A DNA stretch of 63,962 bases, the filler included, from Choristocarpus tenellus KU-1152 (Eukaryota; Protista; Phaeophyceae): NCBI GenBank assembly GCA_964200185.2. It is 13 parts of 13 records of this genome, joined end to end, with 100 filler letters (N's around TTAATTAATTAA, not from the genome) between each part and the next. Parts side by side here need not be neighbours in the genome. Positions count along the whole stretch, not along the records: positions 23,788 to 28,476 come from CAXNAD020013454.1; positions 28,577 to 34,436 come from CAXNAD020009568.1; positions 34,537 to 41,909 come from CAXNAD020006252.1; 10 more parts are not named here. One strand, given 5' to 3'. This document shows positions 24,870-37,130 of the stretch, in pieces. Numbering within the stretch: the stretch's first letter is position 1; each line of letters starts with the position of its first letter. The notes under the pieces are model-generated. The model worked only from the letters and a program-made list of their open reading frames with translations. It ran no database searches and had not been told where the DNA came from. Both the position numbers and the translations under genes were made by a program.

Positions 24870-25480
24870 GTATTCAGAAGGTGCAGGCCTCCTGTGAGAC
24901 TTAAATGTCTTGTACACCCTGTCCAATTTGGTGCACTCCATGCCTTTCTCGTTGGAATATATCACGTGGTAAGCAATACTCATCCTGAAGAACATCTCCA
25001 CAACTACTCTGGGCAGCCCCCCTTCCTCCTTGAGACTGACAGGAATGTTAGCTCATTCCAGGCAACATGTAGTCACAATGGACTCGTACATAGTGCTTCG
25101 CCCGCCCCCAGACCATCTCTATCGGGTTCAATTCACAGTGATACTTTGGAAGCATCAAGCAGTATCCTCCAAGACGTTCAACCAGAGTCTTAAGACTCAG
25201 TTCTACCACGTTGAAATCCGACAGCTCCCCAAGAACGTACGCCATGCTCATGCTCTTATTCCTGTCCTTCCCCCAGTCCTTGGTCATCCCTGGGATAAAC
25301 AAAGCTCTCTCTCCCAAAATCTGTCTCATCCCCTTAACCTGTCCAACATACTCCCCTTTCTCGCCTTGTGGACGAGTGGAAATGCTCAGCCGATATCCCT
25401 TGCCCCTGGCCTCCCGGCAACACCGGACGAACTCAAATCCATCATGGAATGACTGCACCACAACGTCAACGTCGTCAGGT
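24870..25480 (-). pseudogene. Tc1/IS630-like DDE transposase C-terminal fragment, frameshifted
   Basis: GQVKGMRQILGER...MLPKYHCELNPIEMVWGRAKHYVR, then YKTFKSHRR in another frame. PKxHCELNPIExxW is the third-catalytic-residue region of IS630/Tc1-like transposases. Confidence 0.75.
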
Positions 25481-25699
25481 GACAGCTTGGAACTCATTGG
25501 GCATCACAGTGTCCTGTGAGGGGCAGGCGACAACTCGGAGCTCATTGTGCGTCATAGTGTCCTGTGAGTACCCCCTCAACAGTATTAAGCCGAGGCCCTC
25601 CCATGTACCATTTTGGCAGTTACCAACCTTGATTTTTTTGAAAAAGTTGTCCAACGAGGTAATTGACGATCAGCACATCAAATGAAAGTTCTTGATGTG

Positions 25700-26015
25700 A
25701 TGTATCGATTCATGCAAGGCTAGACTTAAACCCTTTAAGGAAGGAATAGTCACTGAACCTGACATAGACGCCCTTAATTCACTCTTTTTTACCAGGTATT
25801 ACCTGAACCAAATCTTGATCAGGGGTCAAAGACACGGCCAACTATTGATTATTACAATGTAGAGGACATTGTTGACCATGAGCGAGGTGTGGGAAGAAAG
25901 ACCACTCGCAATTATTTGTATCGGCTTCGCCTTCAAGGATATTCACCAGCCAGTAATGTATGGCGCAAATCCCCTGAAATACGTAATGTGCAGAGATGAT
26001 CGCAGCCTATAGAGA
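25700..26015 (+). mobile_element. Chromovirus (Ty3/gypsy) integrase C-terminus/chromodomain fragment
   Basis: RLKPFKE followed by DYYNVEDIVDHERG...NYLYRLRLQGYSPASNVW, the chromodomain pattern YxVExIxxH...YxxxxxGYxxxxxxW. Confidence 0.65.
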
Positions 26016-26806
26016 AGAAAAAAAAAATGGATCTCCCTAATGAAAAAGTCACTGACCAAGCGACATGTCACAGAAGAAAGACTCTTGCCACAAAAACAGC
26101 CAAGAACTTGAATTACCGTTAACCAGACGTCCACCTACAAGCAACAAAGCCTCCTTCCAATACTTGTGATAACCCTCCTTGTGGACCAGAAAGTGCAATG
26201 ATTTCCTCTATACTTTTGGGTTGTCAGCCTGGTGAGTTGCCATAACATTACACAGATAGGGGAGATTTTTTTGTTTCTCTACCAAGATGGCGGAAGTGAT
26301 GCCAATAATTGTTGAAGACCATACCATACCATGGCTCAGTCTGGGTGGTATTTCAAGCTTATCTATACGATGACTCAGGGCTTGTTGGGTAGAAAGATAG
26401 CTCTTTTCTGGAGACACGAACACAGATTGGTCATTTCTGTGAGAAGCAGGCCTATTATTCTAAACATTTTCCAAATGCAAAGAACCCCACAACATATTGT
26501 ATTGTTGTAGAAGGGGTGTAGAACCATAAGTAACCAGCCGAACTTTGAACTGTTGTCGTGAGAGGTTATGGCGATGGGGTATTTCTTGTGGTGTTGAATG
26601 GTTGAATATTTATTGTGTGACCGACAGGTCAAGTGGGGAACAAATCACAATTTAATCCACATCTGCTATTGTATGACTGATTGTACCTTACATCACCCCA
26701 ATCCTACACACACCATACAAAATAATATTATATATTTCCCCTAAACTTTTTATAGATATGATTATTATTATGCCCTCTGACATTTTGGAGATGTGTCAGG
26801 GGGAAA

Positions 26807-27063
26807 GAGCCAAAGTATCTTAGAGGGTAGAGTCGCGTCCATTTGGGGGCCAAAACCAGTGTTGCAATTTCAATGTAATTTTGGCTACCGTGTTTGTTAG
26901 AAGGTGTCAACATCCTTGTTCTAAACACACCTTTTCATAACATCTACATTTTACCTACTCCAAAATATTATGGAGTAGGAAAATGTCATAAAAATCCCGA
27001 GGGAAGCCAAGCCCCAAATGGACAAACAGGGCAAAACTCGTACCCTCTAAGATCCTTTCACTC
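26807..27063 (+). mobile_element. MITE family A nested in the CRE 3' UTR
   Basis: Full TIRs; interrupts GGGGAAAA|..AATGAAAACTAT, which is uninterrupted at 2414-2437. Confidence 0.9.
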
Positions 27064-27371
27064 GGAAAAAAAATGAAAACTATACTTATGTCAGTATAAG
27101 CCCTAAAGAAATAAAATATCATAAACGTGAAAACACTCTAAAACACTATTAATGTGAAAAACACTAATCTATTTGTTACTTCACCACTATCAATATTGTA
27201 CTACTGCTTTCCTGTGCTTCCAATCTACCGACTCCTGTGCCCTGGGGGGAGGAGCTAGGGAGGCATCCCAATAATTCAATAAAGCCCTCCGTGCCCATCC
27301 ATCTCCCTGGTGACTCTAGCTTTAAAAGCATGGCACGTCTAGACAGTGCCACTTGCATAGCCACTGAGATA

Positions 27372-27552
27372 GGTCCAAAGTATCTGGGAGGGGGGGTGGC
27401 GGCTGTCCGTTTTGGGTCCATTTTTTCATGTCGCGATTGTTGGGTGATTTGGTTGCATATATCGGATGGATAATGTAAATGCACCTTTCCTGATTTTGGT
27501 CCAAATAGATACCATGGTGTAGACCCCCCCCCCCTCCCAGATACTTTGGGTC
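27372..27552 (+). mobile_element. MITE family B nested in the CRE ORF
   Basis: Full TIRs; flanks ATA/ACA; removing it leaves the CRE frame intact. Confidence 0.9.
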
Positions 27553-28257
27553 ACAATTTGGCGTAGCCGGAATTTGACTACTCCTTTTCTGCTAAATCTT
27601 CCGGTTCTTCTCCCCCCCACCATGTGAGTAGCCAGCTCATCCAGGAAGCATTCCGCTTGCTTGCCGAGGCGCCCAAAACCTTCCACCGCAAAACTGTTGA
27701 GGTTATAACTATGAGGATCAAAGGAGCCCTCGCAGTGGGTACGCTTTCGCGCCTCGGCTGCAGCCGCAGCTACACCATTGCTGGTGGAGGAGTGGGTTAG
27801 GTGGGAGGTTGCCTGTACATCTGCGAAGGTGACGTCTAGCAGAAGACCATTGTCCTGTAGGGAGCTGTTCCGGCGTCCGCTAGTGCCCCTGCGTGAAACA
27901 CCAGATCCATGCGGAGATTCCTGTCCACTGTGAAAGGGCTACCGTCCTCTGTAGTGCTTGGGATGCCCATCCCCTTGCGTAGTTGGTGCAGGCGTTTTAC
28001 CATTGGAGTGTGCTGTCGTACCTGTCCCCCTGCCCTGGGGCAGGTAAGGGCATGTCTGGTATCAACATTTAGCCTCGTGCACCCTGCCACTGGGTACCTG
28101 TTGGATAGGACCTCCTCCCTCCCTAGGGATCTGCTGACTATAAGCTTAAATTCCAGAGGGGGGATCTGGAATGCTGGTTCCAAAGGTTGAGTCGAGGCCC
28201 ACGCGTTTGACCCTTGTCCACACCTGCTCCGGTGGCGCGCTAGGTTCGCTCCCTAGG

Positions 28258-28476
28258 GAGTGAAAGTATCTTAGAGGGCACGAGTTTTGCCAGGTTTGGG
28301 TCAAAGTATCTGGGGAGGGGGTGTCGGCGTCCGTTTATAACCCATTTTTCGATTTTTACTTTTTTGGTGTGATTTGGTCGCACATGTCGGATTTGAAATG
28401 TGAGCAAAAAAAAGAGTTGTTTGACCGAAACGGACTCCCCCCTAACAAACCACCCCTCCCCCCCAGATACTTTGAC
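28258..28476. mobile_element. Family-A end (28258-28297) interrupted by a family-B-related MITE variant (28298-28476)
   Basis: GAGTGAAAGTATCTTAGAGGGCACGAGTTTTGCC, then GGGTCAAAGTATCTGGGG...CCCCAGATACTTTGAC with a diverged interior. Confidence 0.75.
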
Positions 28477-29942
28477 NNNNNNNNNNNNNNNNNNNNNNNN
28501 NNNNNNNNNNNNNNNNNNNNTTAATTAATTAANNNNNNNNNNNNNNNNNNNNNNNNNNNNNNNNNNNNNNNNNNNNCTGGTGTAGACTCCCCCCCCCCTC
28601 CCAGATACTTTGAGTCTTCAAAGCAACGCAATGATGTACACGATCATTGCAGTTCTAGAGTCACGAGAGTTTTCTGCTTTTCGCACTGCAAAAGAATAGT
28701 GTACATAATATTAAAAAAAGTAAAACATGGCGAAAAATTGGTACTATACATAACTACACAAATATATAGTAACGTACACAAAAAAAATGCATAGATTTCA
28801 TATACACTACTTCCTCCGTTCGGAAATAAATGTAACATCACTTTTGCAGCCCTGATGAACAAGCAAGATTTTTTAAAATCTCGTCTTCATATTTTATAGG
28901 TGGATTATGCAGACACTAAAAGGTTCCCCTCCAAATTGTCAAGCAAAATGGGGCAGCCTACACCTATCCATGATTCCGTCCCCGAAGCCCTCCAAAACTC
29001 CTCGCCATATACACTGGGCCATTCAGGGGGAGCTTGCTTGCCTTCTCAGCCTTTTCATTGCCAAGGTAGGGAAATTTGAAGATGTTGCCACCCTTGGACC
29101 CCAGCACTTCACCATAGACTGCAAAGAGGCTCTGTCAGATGCACTCTAGTGTCTGCCTGGGGTACACATTGAATGCCTCCGTTGTGGTCCCCACCAGCTC
29201 CTCTGTGTTGGACACTCCCACGTCTTCCTTCAGTTGCTGGATGGAACGAAAGAATCCCATACTGTTGACATCGAGGTCAGGTGAGTCGGCTGGCTGGGTC
29301 TCTATGACAATGTTGTCCCCCACTACCTCCTCGATTGCCTCCATGATCCCACCCTTGGTGTGTGACTTTGCCCTAATCTGCTGTCCTTCTAGTCTAACCT
29401 AGGCATACGGGCAGGCCTTGATTGCTGGGATGACATCCTCAATCATGAGCTTCTTACACCTCTCTCCTTCCACCGTGATTGGCACAAGCACCTTGATGCC
29501 CTTGGGGTGGTGTTCGCTGGAGTGCTGAGTAAGCTTGATGTCAACAATTGACCAGATCCCGATTTTCCCATCAAACCACACTCTGCTAGAGAGGTTCCTA
29601 GGGCGAACCACAGCGGCAAGGAACATCACCTTCGTATTGTAACTCTTATTCTGTGCCCGTGGGGTTTTGGGGGGGGGTCCTCAGTGGGCTGCAGGGACAC
29701 ACCTTGCCCATCTTTGAGAATGTAAAACCACATCTCATCCACATGCATCCATTCATATAGATCGTCCACTAATATCCCACTTCCCCACCTTTGTGCATGT
29801 GGCTGATGATAAAGTCCACCCTGTTGACTGTCTACTGGCCTGAGAGGATTGACTTAATCAACCGCTTGACCTTCTTCACCTTCTCACGCTTGCACAGATC
29901 CCACAACAAAGCAAGGGAGCTCCCAGCTTTGACCACCCATTT

Positions 29943-30201
29943 GAGCCAAAGTATCTTAGAGGGTAGAGCCGCGTCCATTTGGGGGCCAAAATCCAATGTT
30001 GCGATTTTGATGTAATTTTGGCAATCGTGTTTGTTAGGAAGTGTCCACATCCTTGTTCCGGACAAACCTTTTCATAACGTATACATTTTACCTACTCCGA
30101 AATAGTATGGAGTAGGAAAATGTCATAAAAAAAGCCGAGGAAAGTCAAGCCCCAACTGGATAAGCAGGGCAAAACTCATACCCTCTAAGATACTTTTACT
30201 C
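29943..30201 (+). mobile_element. MITE family A nested in the mariner transposase
   Basis: Full TIRs; the empty site in the second mariner copy (CCATTTGTAGAAGG, ~63304) shows 4 extra bases here. Confidence 0.92.
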
Positions 30202-30311
30202 TTTTGCAGAAGGATGTACAGTGTACCGATGGGACATCCCAAACATTGAGGACACTCTCTGGTACAGCAGCTACATCACCCCTTGCGACATCGTACAATG
30301 TCCATGAATTC

Positions 30312-30333
30312 AGGGTTAGGGTTAGGATTAGGG
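30312..30333 (+). repeat. Interstitial telomere-like (TTAGGG)~3.5
   Basis: AGGGTTAGGGTTAGGATTAGGG; absent from the homologous site in the second mariner copy. Confidence 0.7.
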
Positions 30334-31371
30334 TGTGCAATCTTGCTGCCATACTCTTTCAGATGATGGAACACAGTGATTTGGAAAATTCCGAAGTCCT
30401 CTGTGATGGCTGCCGCCATCCCCCAAGGCATCTGAGTCTCATGCCCTCTTACCTCCAGGCATCGTACCACCACGCTGTTCTTGGTCAGGGTATTTGAGTC
30501 CTGACCGCAGACAGACTTCTGGGCTGAAGAATTAAGACCAACGGCCGACAGTGGGATGAGTGAGCTGCTTGAACTATGGGGGGCCTTCATCCTAGGCATC
30601 CCAATGAACACCCACTTTGAGAGGTTCAAGAGGTTTTGGAACCCCGTCAAATACGACTTGGTTGACTTTGCACTGGCAATCCTCCACAATCATGACAGCC
30701 CACCATCTCAAACTTTGCATGCCTCCCAATCTATACGAGAACTAACCTTCACCGAGAGGGTTTATCACGTGGATCGTTCCTAGTCAAGAATGGAGGAAGT
30801 AGCAATACATATTTGTGTGAAATATAATTCTACCTTCCCTCAAAACATAGTATCAAGCAGAAGTGTGCAATCATCACCCCACAAAAGTTTCAGTGCTGTA
30901 TGCTCTTTGTGTACCCTGGATCAAGATCGTGGAGAAATATTTCTCCCCATAGGATGGTGATATCCTTTGTCCTCTATCTGGTGCCCCAAGAAGCCACCAG
31001 TAACTTTGGAAATGGCTAAAAATGCAGAATGTGTTATTAACGAGTGAACTGTCTAAGGGAAAGGTTGTTTTGAACCATTTAATTCTTATTGCCCTTTTGT
31101 ACCTTGTGCAATAATGCACACAATGGCCATTCCTGAAATACTGTTAACCCTCTATATGAGGGTGTGACTGTAGAAGAAGATTAAGCCGTGAAATGCACTA
31201 CTTCACCGGAGTGCCCTCCACATTGCTCAAAATTCTTTTACCACAAGGCTGAGATCGGGTCTCTTATAAACTCAACAACAACCCCTCTTAGACGTTATCA
31301 CTCAAATTTATGTGCTGAATGTAGTACTCTGGTGTAATGCATATTTTTTTACTCTTCTTAAAACCTCTCAC

Positions 31372-33777
31372 CCTTGTGGAGCTTGTTTCTTATCCGAGAA
31401 ATCCCAGGTAAGGATTGGGCTCTTCGCCTCTTCCTCCTGGCAGAGTTCCATGATATGCTTCTGTATGTTGCTGGCAGGCACTTCCTCCATGGTATTGCGA
31501 ATTGTCGCAAAGCGAACCTTGGAGGGGTGTTGGAAAGAGAACACAACGCCAACAGAAAAAATCGGGGACAGCTTAGCGTAGATGGAGAGGTGGATAAGCT
31601 GGAGCATCACCTTACAACTGGACTACAGGGTGGGAAGGCAGAGGACTGAGGTAGGTGTTTCCTGTTCAGGGCTCAGGGCAGGCGTCAGGCAAACATCAAC
31701 TTTGCTGTGTAATTATCTTTGTCCGAATTTCAGTCTTTGAGTGAGATTAGGGACATTTTTTGTAACCAGTCAAGTCATCAACAGCATACTTGTTGAAACT
31801 TGCACATGGTACGAATTTAGTACCAAAATGATATGTTCCCTTTGTGACTACGAATCACAGTGAAGCACGTTTTATAATGGGAAGATGTAGTGGATAAATA
31901 TGCCAAACATCAACCTTGGTAGCTTTGAATAGTGCCTATCCGTTTGCGTGTAAAAGTAGCTGATGGACATTACGTGTACCCAGGGACTAGAGATGCAAGA
32001 GCAAAGGGTGACAGACACCAATTTAATGCTGTGACATGAGAACTGGAATATGAAGAGAATCTGCAGTCAATGCCTCGACTGTTCAGAAATTATTTCCCAA
32101 GTACGTACAGTCACTTGTATTTAATAGATGCCTTGAGGTACCTGGAGCTTGTGTATATTTTCATGATATTGCTCTCATGCACTCCTACAATGCAGTTGTA
32201 ATACACACACCACCACCACAATGCCACTGCCTTTTGTTGAAGTGTGCCAAAAAAATGTGAGCGCATAGTATGCACAAACAATGTTTTGCTACGTCTACCT
32301 GCTCAAGGTGTGCACCAATCTTCCTATAGTCCACCATAGTGCCCTGCTTCAACTTCCCCTTTGCCATAGTATTCATAAGGAGGCTCCCCTCGGTCTCCGT
32401 AAGCCCCAGCTTTGGATCAGCTGCAAGGCGCTTAATGTCTGACTGGGCAATGATCCCTCCCCCGCTTGGATCCAGAACCTCACACCAGTCCCTCAACTGG
32501 GCCACCACACGATCGAATTCCTGACCAGACATTATATGGATAGCCTGTGCTCGTCGAGTGCATAGAGCAGCAAGTAGGTGCATGAGATCAGCGGCAGTGG
32601 AAGGAAACAAGCATGAGGTGCAGCAGTAAGTGTAGGGTACCAAGAAAGAAACAGTTTTATGGTGGTGAACTCCTGAGGACATGTGTAGTGCATGAGGACA
32701 GAGTACACCTGATTTGTTCAGCACATGTGTTTAAACGCGTGGTAGTGCTTCTGATAATTACTCTGTTATGGAGAGTTTTTTCTGGCACGTGACATGATTT
32801 TTTCCTTTTGACATCTGTTGTGGTGGCCTGACTTGTCACATCTTTTTATAAAGCTCACGGTGTATCAATCTTGAAGCAGTACAGGCAGCGTTCACTTTTA
32901 ATATTTTTCTACTTTCAAGCTGAAACGTACTCTGAGTAAATCCTTGCAGAAGAGATGAGCAAATGGGGGCGCTTACCAAAGGGAGCTCAAGGCTTGTTCT
33001 CTATCTATAGATCCACAAACATCTGACACTGGTCGCAGGTCGAAACCGCCGCCTCCCAATCCTTCCTTGTCCCCTTCTCCTAATCCTACTATTGCATACA
33101 CTTTTACACAACAAAAAGCACCATCTGGAAAATATATCCCTTTGCCGTGACAATGCATGGCACTGTACTCCTCAAGAAGTACGTACTCCTAAAGGGCAAT
33201 TGAAAAAAATCGTTCTCTGTAGAACTATACTCTTTGTATCCAAGACATGAGCACCCCTCCTCTTCTCGTCATCATTTCGGGAGCATGCGCATGTGGACTC
33301 CCAATCCTCACTTTCCGCACAATCTAACCCTATATGCATCAAAACGAACTGTGAAACCAACCGTATGTGATCACCCTATGCCTTTCTCCCCTTCTCCTCT
33401 CCCCACAACTTATCACAGTCTTACTAATCTATCACAATATTACGCCAATACGAGGATGCAATTGCCTCACATCACCTCCTTCTCCAATGCCATTTCTATT
33501 TGTTGTTGTAGTAGTAGTGTACATTCAGGCACCATTGTTCTGTCCTTATCACCTCATGGTCTTGTTGTAGCTGTATTGCATCATGCTCCATCTGTGCGTG
33601 TCGCTTGGCCTGGAAGACGTGTGCAACATTGAGAATGAGAGGGAAGAACCCGGAGTAATCGATGACCCCATCTGAGTTCTTCTCCACATCTCCCATAAGA
33701 AGCTGAAGCTCACAGTCTGATATACCCAGGTTGGCGCTCTCCATGAGCTTGTGCAGTTGCTCATGGGTTAGGTAGCC
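31372..33777 (-). CDS. Multi-EF-hand calcium-binding protein, three internal exons (5' and 3' ends not found)
   Basis: Exons 33777-33553, 32544-32299 and 31517-31372 join in phase 0. EF-hand-like segments GYLTHEQLHKLM, DVEKNSDGVIDYSGF, LDPSGGGIIAQSDI, with LGISDCE/LGLTETE linkers. Confidence 0.75.
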
Positions 33778-35458
33778 CTGTGGTCATGTCAGGGTGGCAA
33801 GGGAAAGGTATTGATGGGTTAGAGTTAGAGTTAAATAATATTACATAATATTAGATAATATTGGAGCAACAACCAACACAGTACAGAAAGGAGGTTGAGG
33901 GGGGGGGTAGGGGGCGGGAGGGTGTGCCAGTACTCTACTCTAGTCCACTATGAAGAGAGAATTTTTGGTTTGTTTACCTTCCAAATACTTTGTGTGATGA
34001 ATGCTTTTTGCTCAGGGATCAATTCATGGGGATATCTTGTCTTGAGGAGGGTATTGCTGGATCTGGTGCACCAGTCTATGAGTATTCCGAAGGTAAGATC
34101 CTGCAAGAGTGAGAAGCGGTCCCAGTACTCAGTAGACGCTATCTACTGCACCCATGCTTCCTTAGTTTATGACTTAGTGGTGTTTCACTTCGACTACCTC
34201 TTTCTGCCCAGTCTCCCTATCATAGCCATTGTAAAACCCCAACCCCTTGGGCTCTCTCCAGAGTGTGATCCATCCCACTGCACCATTGCATCCATATTTT
34301 CCCAAACCCAAAATCAATTCCCAGTTCCCATTGAAATTACTTGAAACACTATGTACAGTACACAGCAGATTTATCTTTGGCTCAAAATATCTGGGAGGGG
34401 GTGGCGGCTGTCCATTTGGGGTCAATTTTTTCATGTNNNNNNNNNNNNNNNNNNNNNNNNNNNNNNNNNNNNNNNNNNNNTTAATTAATTAANNNNNNNN
34501 NNNNNNNNNNNNNNNNNNNNNNNNNNNNNNNNNNNNCGGACACTCTGGTGGGGCCCCCCCCCCCCCCCCAGATACTTTGGGTCAAAGTCAGACTTTTTTT
34601 GCGTAGGAGTGGTCTAGGTGGGGAAGAGAGAGTAACACACACTGGCTCAATGTTGGTAAGCGAAAGGAGGTAATGGACCAACCCAAGAGAATAGGTTCTC
34701 GTGTTTTTCAGGTTCCCATTGTGTATGATGTATAAATAACATTGAGAATTACACAATAAACCAACTCCGCAGAGAAGTAATAAACAACTAAGACTGGATC
34801 AGTAGAACTTCAGTTCATTGTCCCACCACACATTCTCTTCGTAGAATACGGAATCAGACAGCACCTAATCTTAGAGGTGTGGCTAGTGGGGCAGAGAATG
34901 AATAGTGCAGTCTACATAATTCAAAATAACAACATATACTTCACTCAACATTCACAACCCCAGCAAAAAATGAAGGGTGTGAGGTGTGTTCTCTGCAATA
35001 AGAGATCAGTAGGAGTGTTTATACTGTGTCATACTGTGCCTGGAACATTGTCAGGATTTGCTCGTCCATTTGTGGGAACAAGATTCGAAGTGTGCAGATT
35101 GAGATATTTGATGATGGGATTTTATTTTGGACTAATTTGACTCACCGCATGGTCAGAGCAGGGGAGTGCGTCATATATAGGCGAGGTATTTGACCAGAAG
35201 AAATTTGGCGGAATGTTAGATTCGGAGTGTTTCTGACATGTGCTAGAGAACTGTTTAGTCATTTGGTATTCTGAGGCATATACTGTAAGGTTTGGTGAGC
35301 CTCATCTGGTGATGGTGTCTCACTCTCTTGTCAACTCCGATACAAGCTAATAAACAATAATATAACTGGTTGTGTGGGACAACAGATCGTCAACGACAGC
35401 TCAACAAGCGTTTCACAAAATGTGGGGGAGCAAGAGACGAGAAATGGTATTAGTGTCG

Positions 35459-35643
35459 GGCTCAAAGTATGTGTGTGTGGGGGGGGGGCTGTACATTTGG
35501 GGCCAATTTTTTCATCTCGCAATTTTTGGGTGATATGGTTGCATGTATCGGATGGATAACGTAAGAGCACTTTTACTGATCAAGGTCCAAATAGACATCC
35601 TGGTGTAGAACCCCCCTCCCCCCCCCCTCAGATACTTTGGGTC
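35459..35643 (+). mobile_element. MITE family B, complete, TCG TSD
   Basis: TCG|GGCTCAAAGTAT...CAGATACTTTGGGTC|TCG. Confidence 0.9.
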
Positions 35644-37069
35644 TCGTACTGTTGCTGTGACATTGGCAAAGTGTGGGGGAGGGCAGAAACAAGGCGAAAA
35701 ACACGTGGAAACTGGTGGTGGTGATACAAGGCAGGGTATGAGCTGTGCATTTAGACCCTATGCAGTAAGACATAAGGAGTGATGAGAGCGTGATATTCTG
35801 TGCCTGTAACATTGGCGAAGTGAAGTGTGGGGGGATATGAAACAGGGCAAAATAACACAAGGAACACATTCCAATTGGTGGTGATGTGACACGTGGCAAG
35901 GCATGATGTGTGGGTGGTCATTTTGTAAGATGCGATGAGTATTACTGGTGTTTCATGCCGTTTCTGGTAAAGTGTAGGGATGGGTAAAAACAAAAAAAAA
36001 TGGAAATTAGTCTGGGTGACGGAACTTGGCTTTAAAAATATTGAACTTGAGGTAAATATGATATTTTTTGTATTTCGAGGCGCCGAAAAATGGGGAAATT
36101 TTAAAGCGAAAATCGTAATTTAGGAATTTCGAGCGAATTTTCTTAATGTATATTTTTCTGTTTCTCTTTATTGTTCCGTACTCTTCATGACGTTCAAGAC
36201 AGCATCAGAAAGGTTATTGCGACTTTTTTTGCTGTTGCTAAGCTTATTCCTGTCCACCTGTCTTCTTCCTGTATTGAACTTGTTCCTGGTGCATTACAGC
36301 CACCCCTCCTCTCTCCCCTCTGGCACAGTCACTCACTGTCCTGCATGCACAGTATTGCTCCCTGGAGTACCCCATCCTGGGCATAGAAGGTAGACAGTAG
36401 CCTGTTAAGGCCAAAACAATTGAGAGGTAGGCAGGTTTGGACCCTTTTGCATTCTAAGACATATTTCTTGTTGTGTACGAGTGTATCAGAAACAGAAATG
36501 GAGTGTAAACCACATTCCCGCCTAGGTCCCTCTCGGTCTGTTGATTAGAGTGTGAACCCCACAACTTCTTTGTCACCGAATGATTTCCATGCCCGATAAA
36601 GGGCAGTTCTTATCCCCAATGACCTTTATGAACAACGCCCTCAAGTTATCTATTTTTGAGTGGAAAAAAATAGGTTGAAAAATTGTATTCTTTGTTTGGA
36701 AAATTCTCTAGAAATCTCGCTTGCTGGCACCTCCAGAGGGACCCCATCGCACTGGGAACAACGGGTGTGTGTGGAGAGAGGGCAAACACTACCGGATTGT
36801 GAATAAACGTATACCTAACATACTAAACGCTAACCGAGCCAATTATCCCCAAGGAATACTAAGAACGGTGACGTCTTATCCCAAGTTAGAGGTTTCCTAG
36901 TACATTATAATCGGTTTTTCTTATTACCCTTTAATATACTTACATTGTTAACTTCTTTCTCTTCTTTATTTTTCGGTATTATAATATGTATATTCTCAAT
37001 CGTTGTACATCGCTTTTTCCGACTACACTCTTCGACAAATAATGATGGGAAGGATACTAAATATGCTAC

Positions 37070-37130
37070 ATTTGTTTCCCCCTTGACACATCTCCAAATT
37101 ACGAGAGGGTATAATAATAAAAAATAATAG
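37070..37130 (+). mobile_element. Short 5'-truncated CRE 3'-end copy
   Basis: TTTCCCCCTTGACACATCTCCAAATTACGAGAGGGTATAATAATAA. Confidence 0.6.

Larger units (their letters stand above)
26761..28257 (-). mobile_element. CRE-like non-LTR retrotransposon, 3' part (Zn knuckle + restriction-like endonuclease + 3' UTR), interrupted by two MITEs
   Basis: Minus strand reads HALTCPRAGGQVRQH, RMDLV, DVT, AEARKRTH, FAVEGFGRLGKQA and RQIVSVAMQ, with in-frame disruptions. The 3' UTR ends in the hairpin CTGACA-n11-TGTCAG followed by (TAA)n. Confidence 0.8.
28810..30799 (-). mobile_element. Full-length but defective mariner-like element (DD39D/Stowaway-partner type) with TIRs and TA TSD
   Basis: TA|CTTCCTCCGTTC ... 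GAATGGAGGAAG|TA. Transposase motifs HVDEMWFYILKDG, KVMFLAAVVRPR, FDGKIGIW and QPADSPDLDVNSMGFFRSIQ, with frameshifts and stops. Confidence 0.9.

Noticed and set aside
29791-30065. Recurrent small ORFs (MDAALPSKIL..., GSQAPNGQTGQNSYPLR, PKYLGGGG) that look like a peptide family
   Set aside because: Incidental translations of MITE A/B sequence; starts, stops and frames differ between copies.
34379-34583. Left and right halves of MITE B on either side of a linker, suggesting true contig adjacency
   Set aside because: Outer flanks TTT and AAA do not form a TSD, so these are probably different copies.
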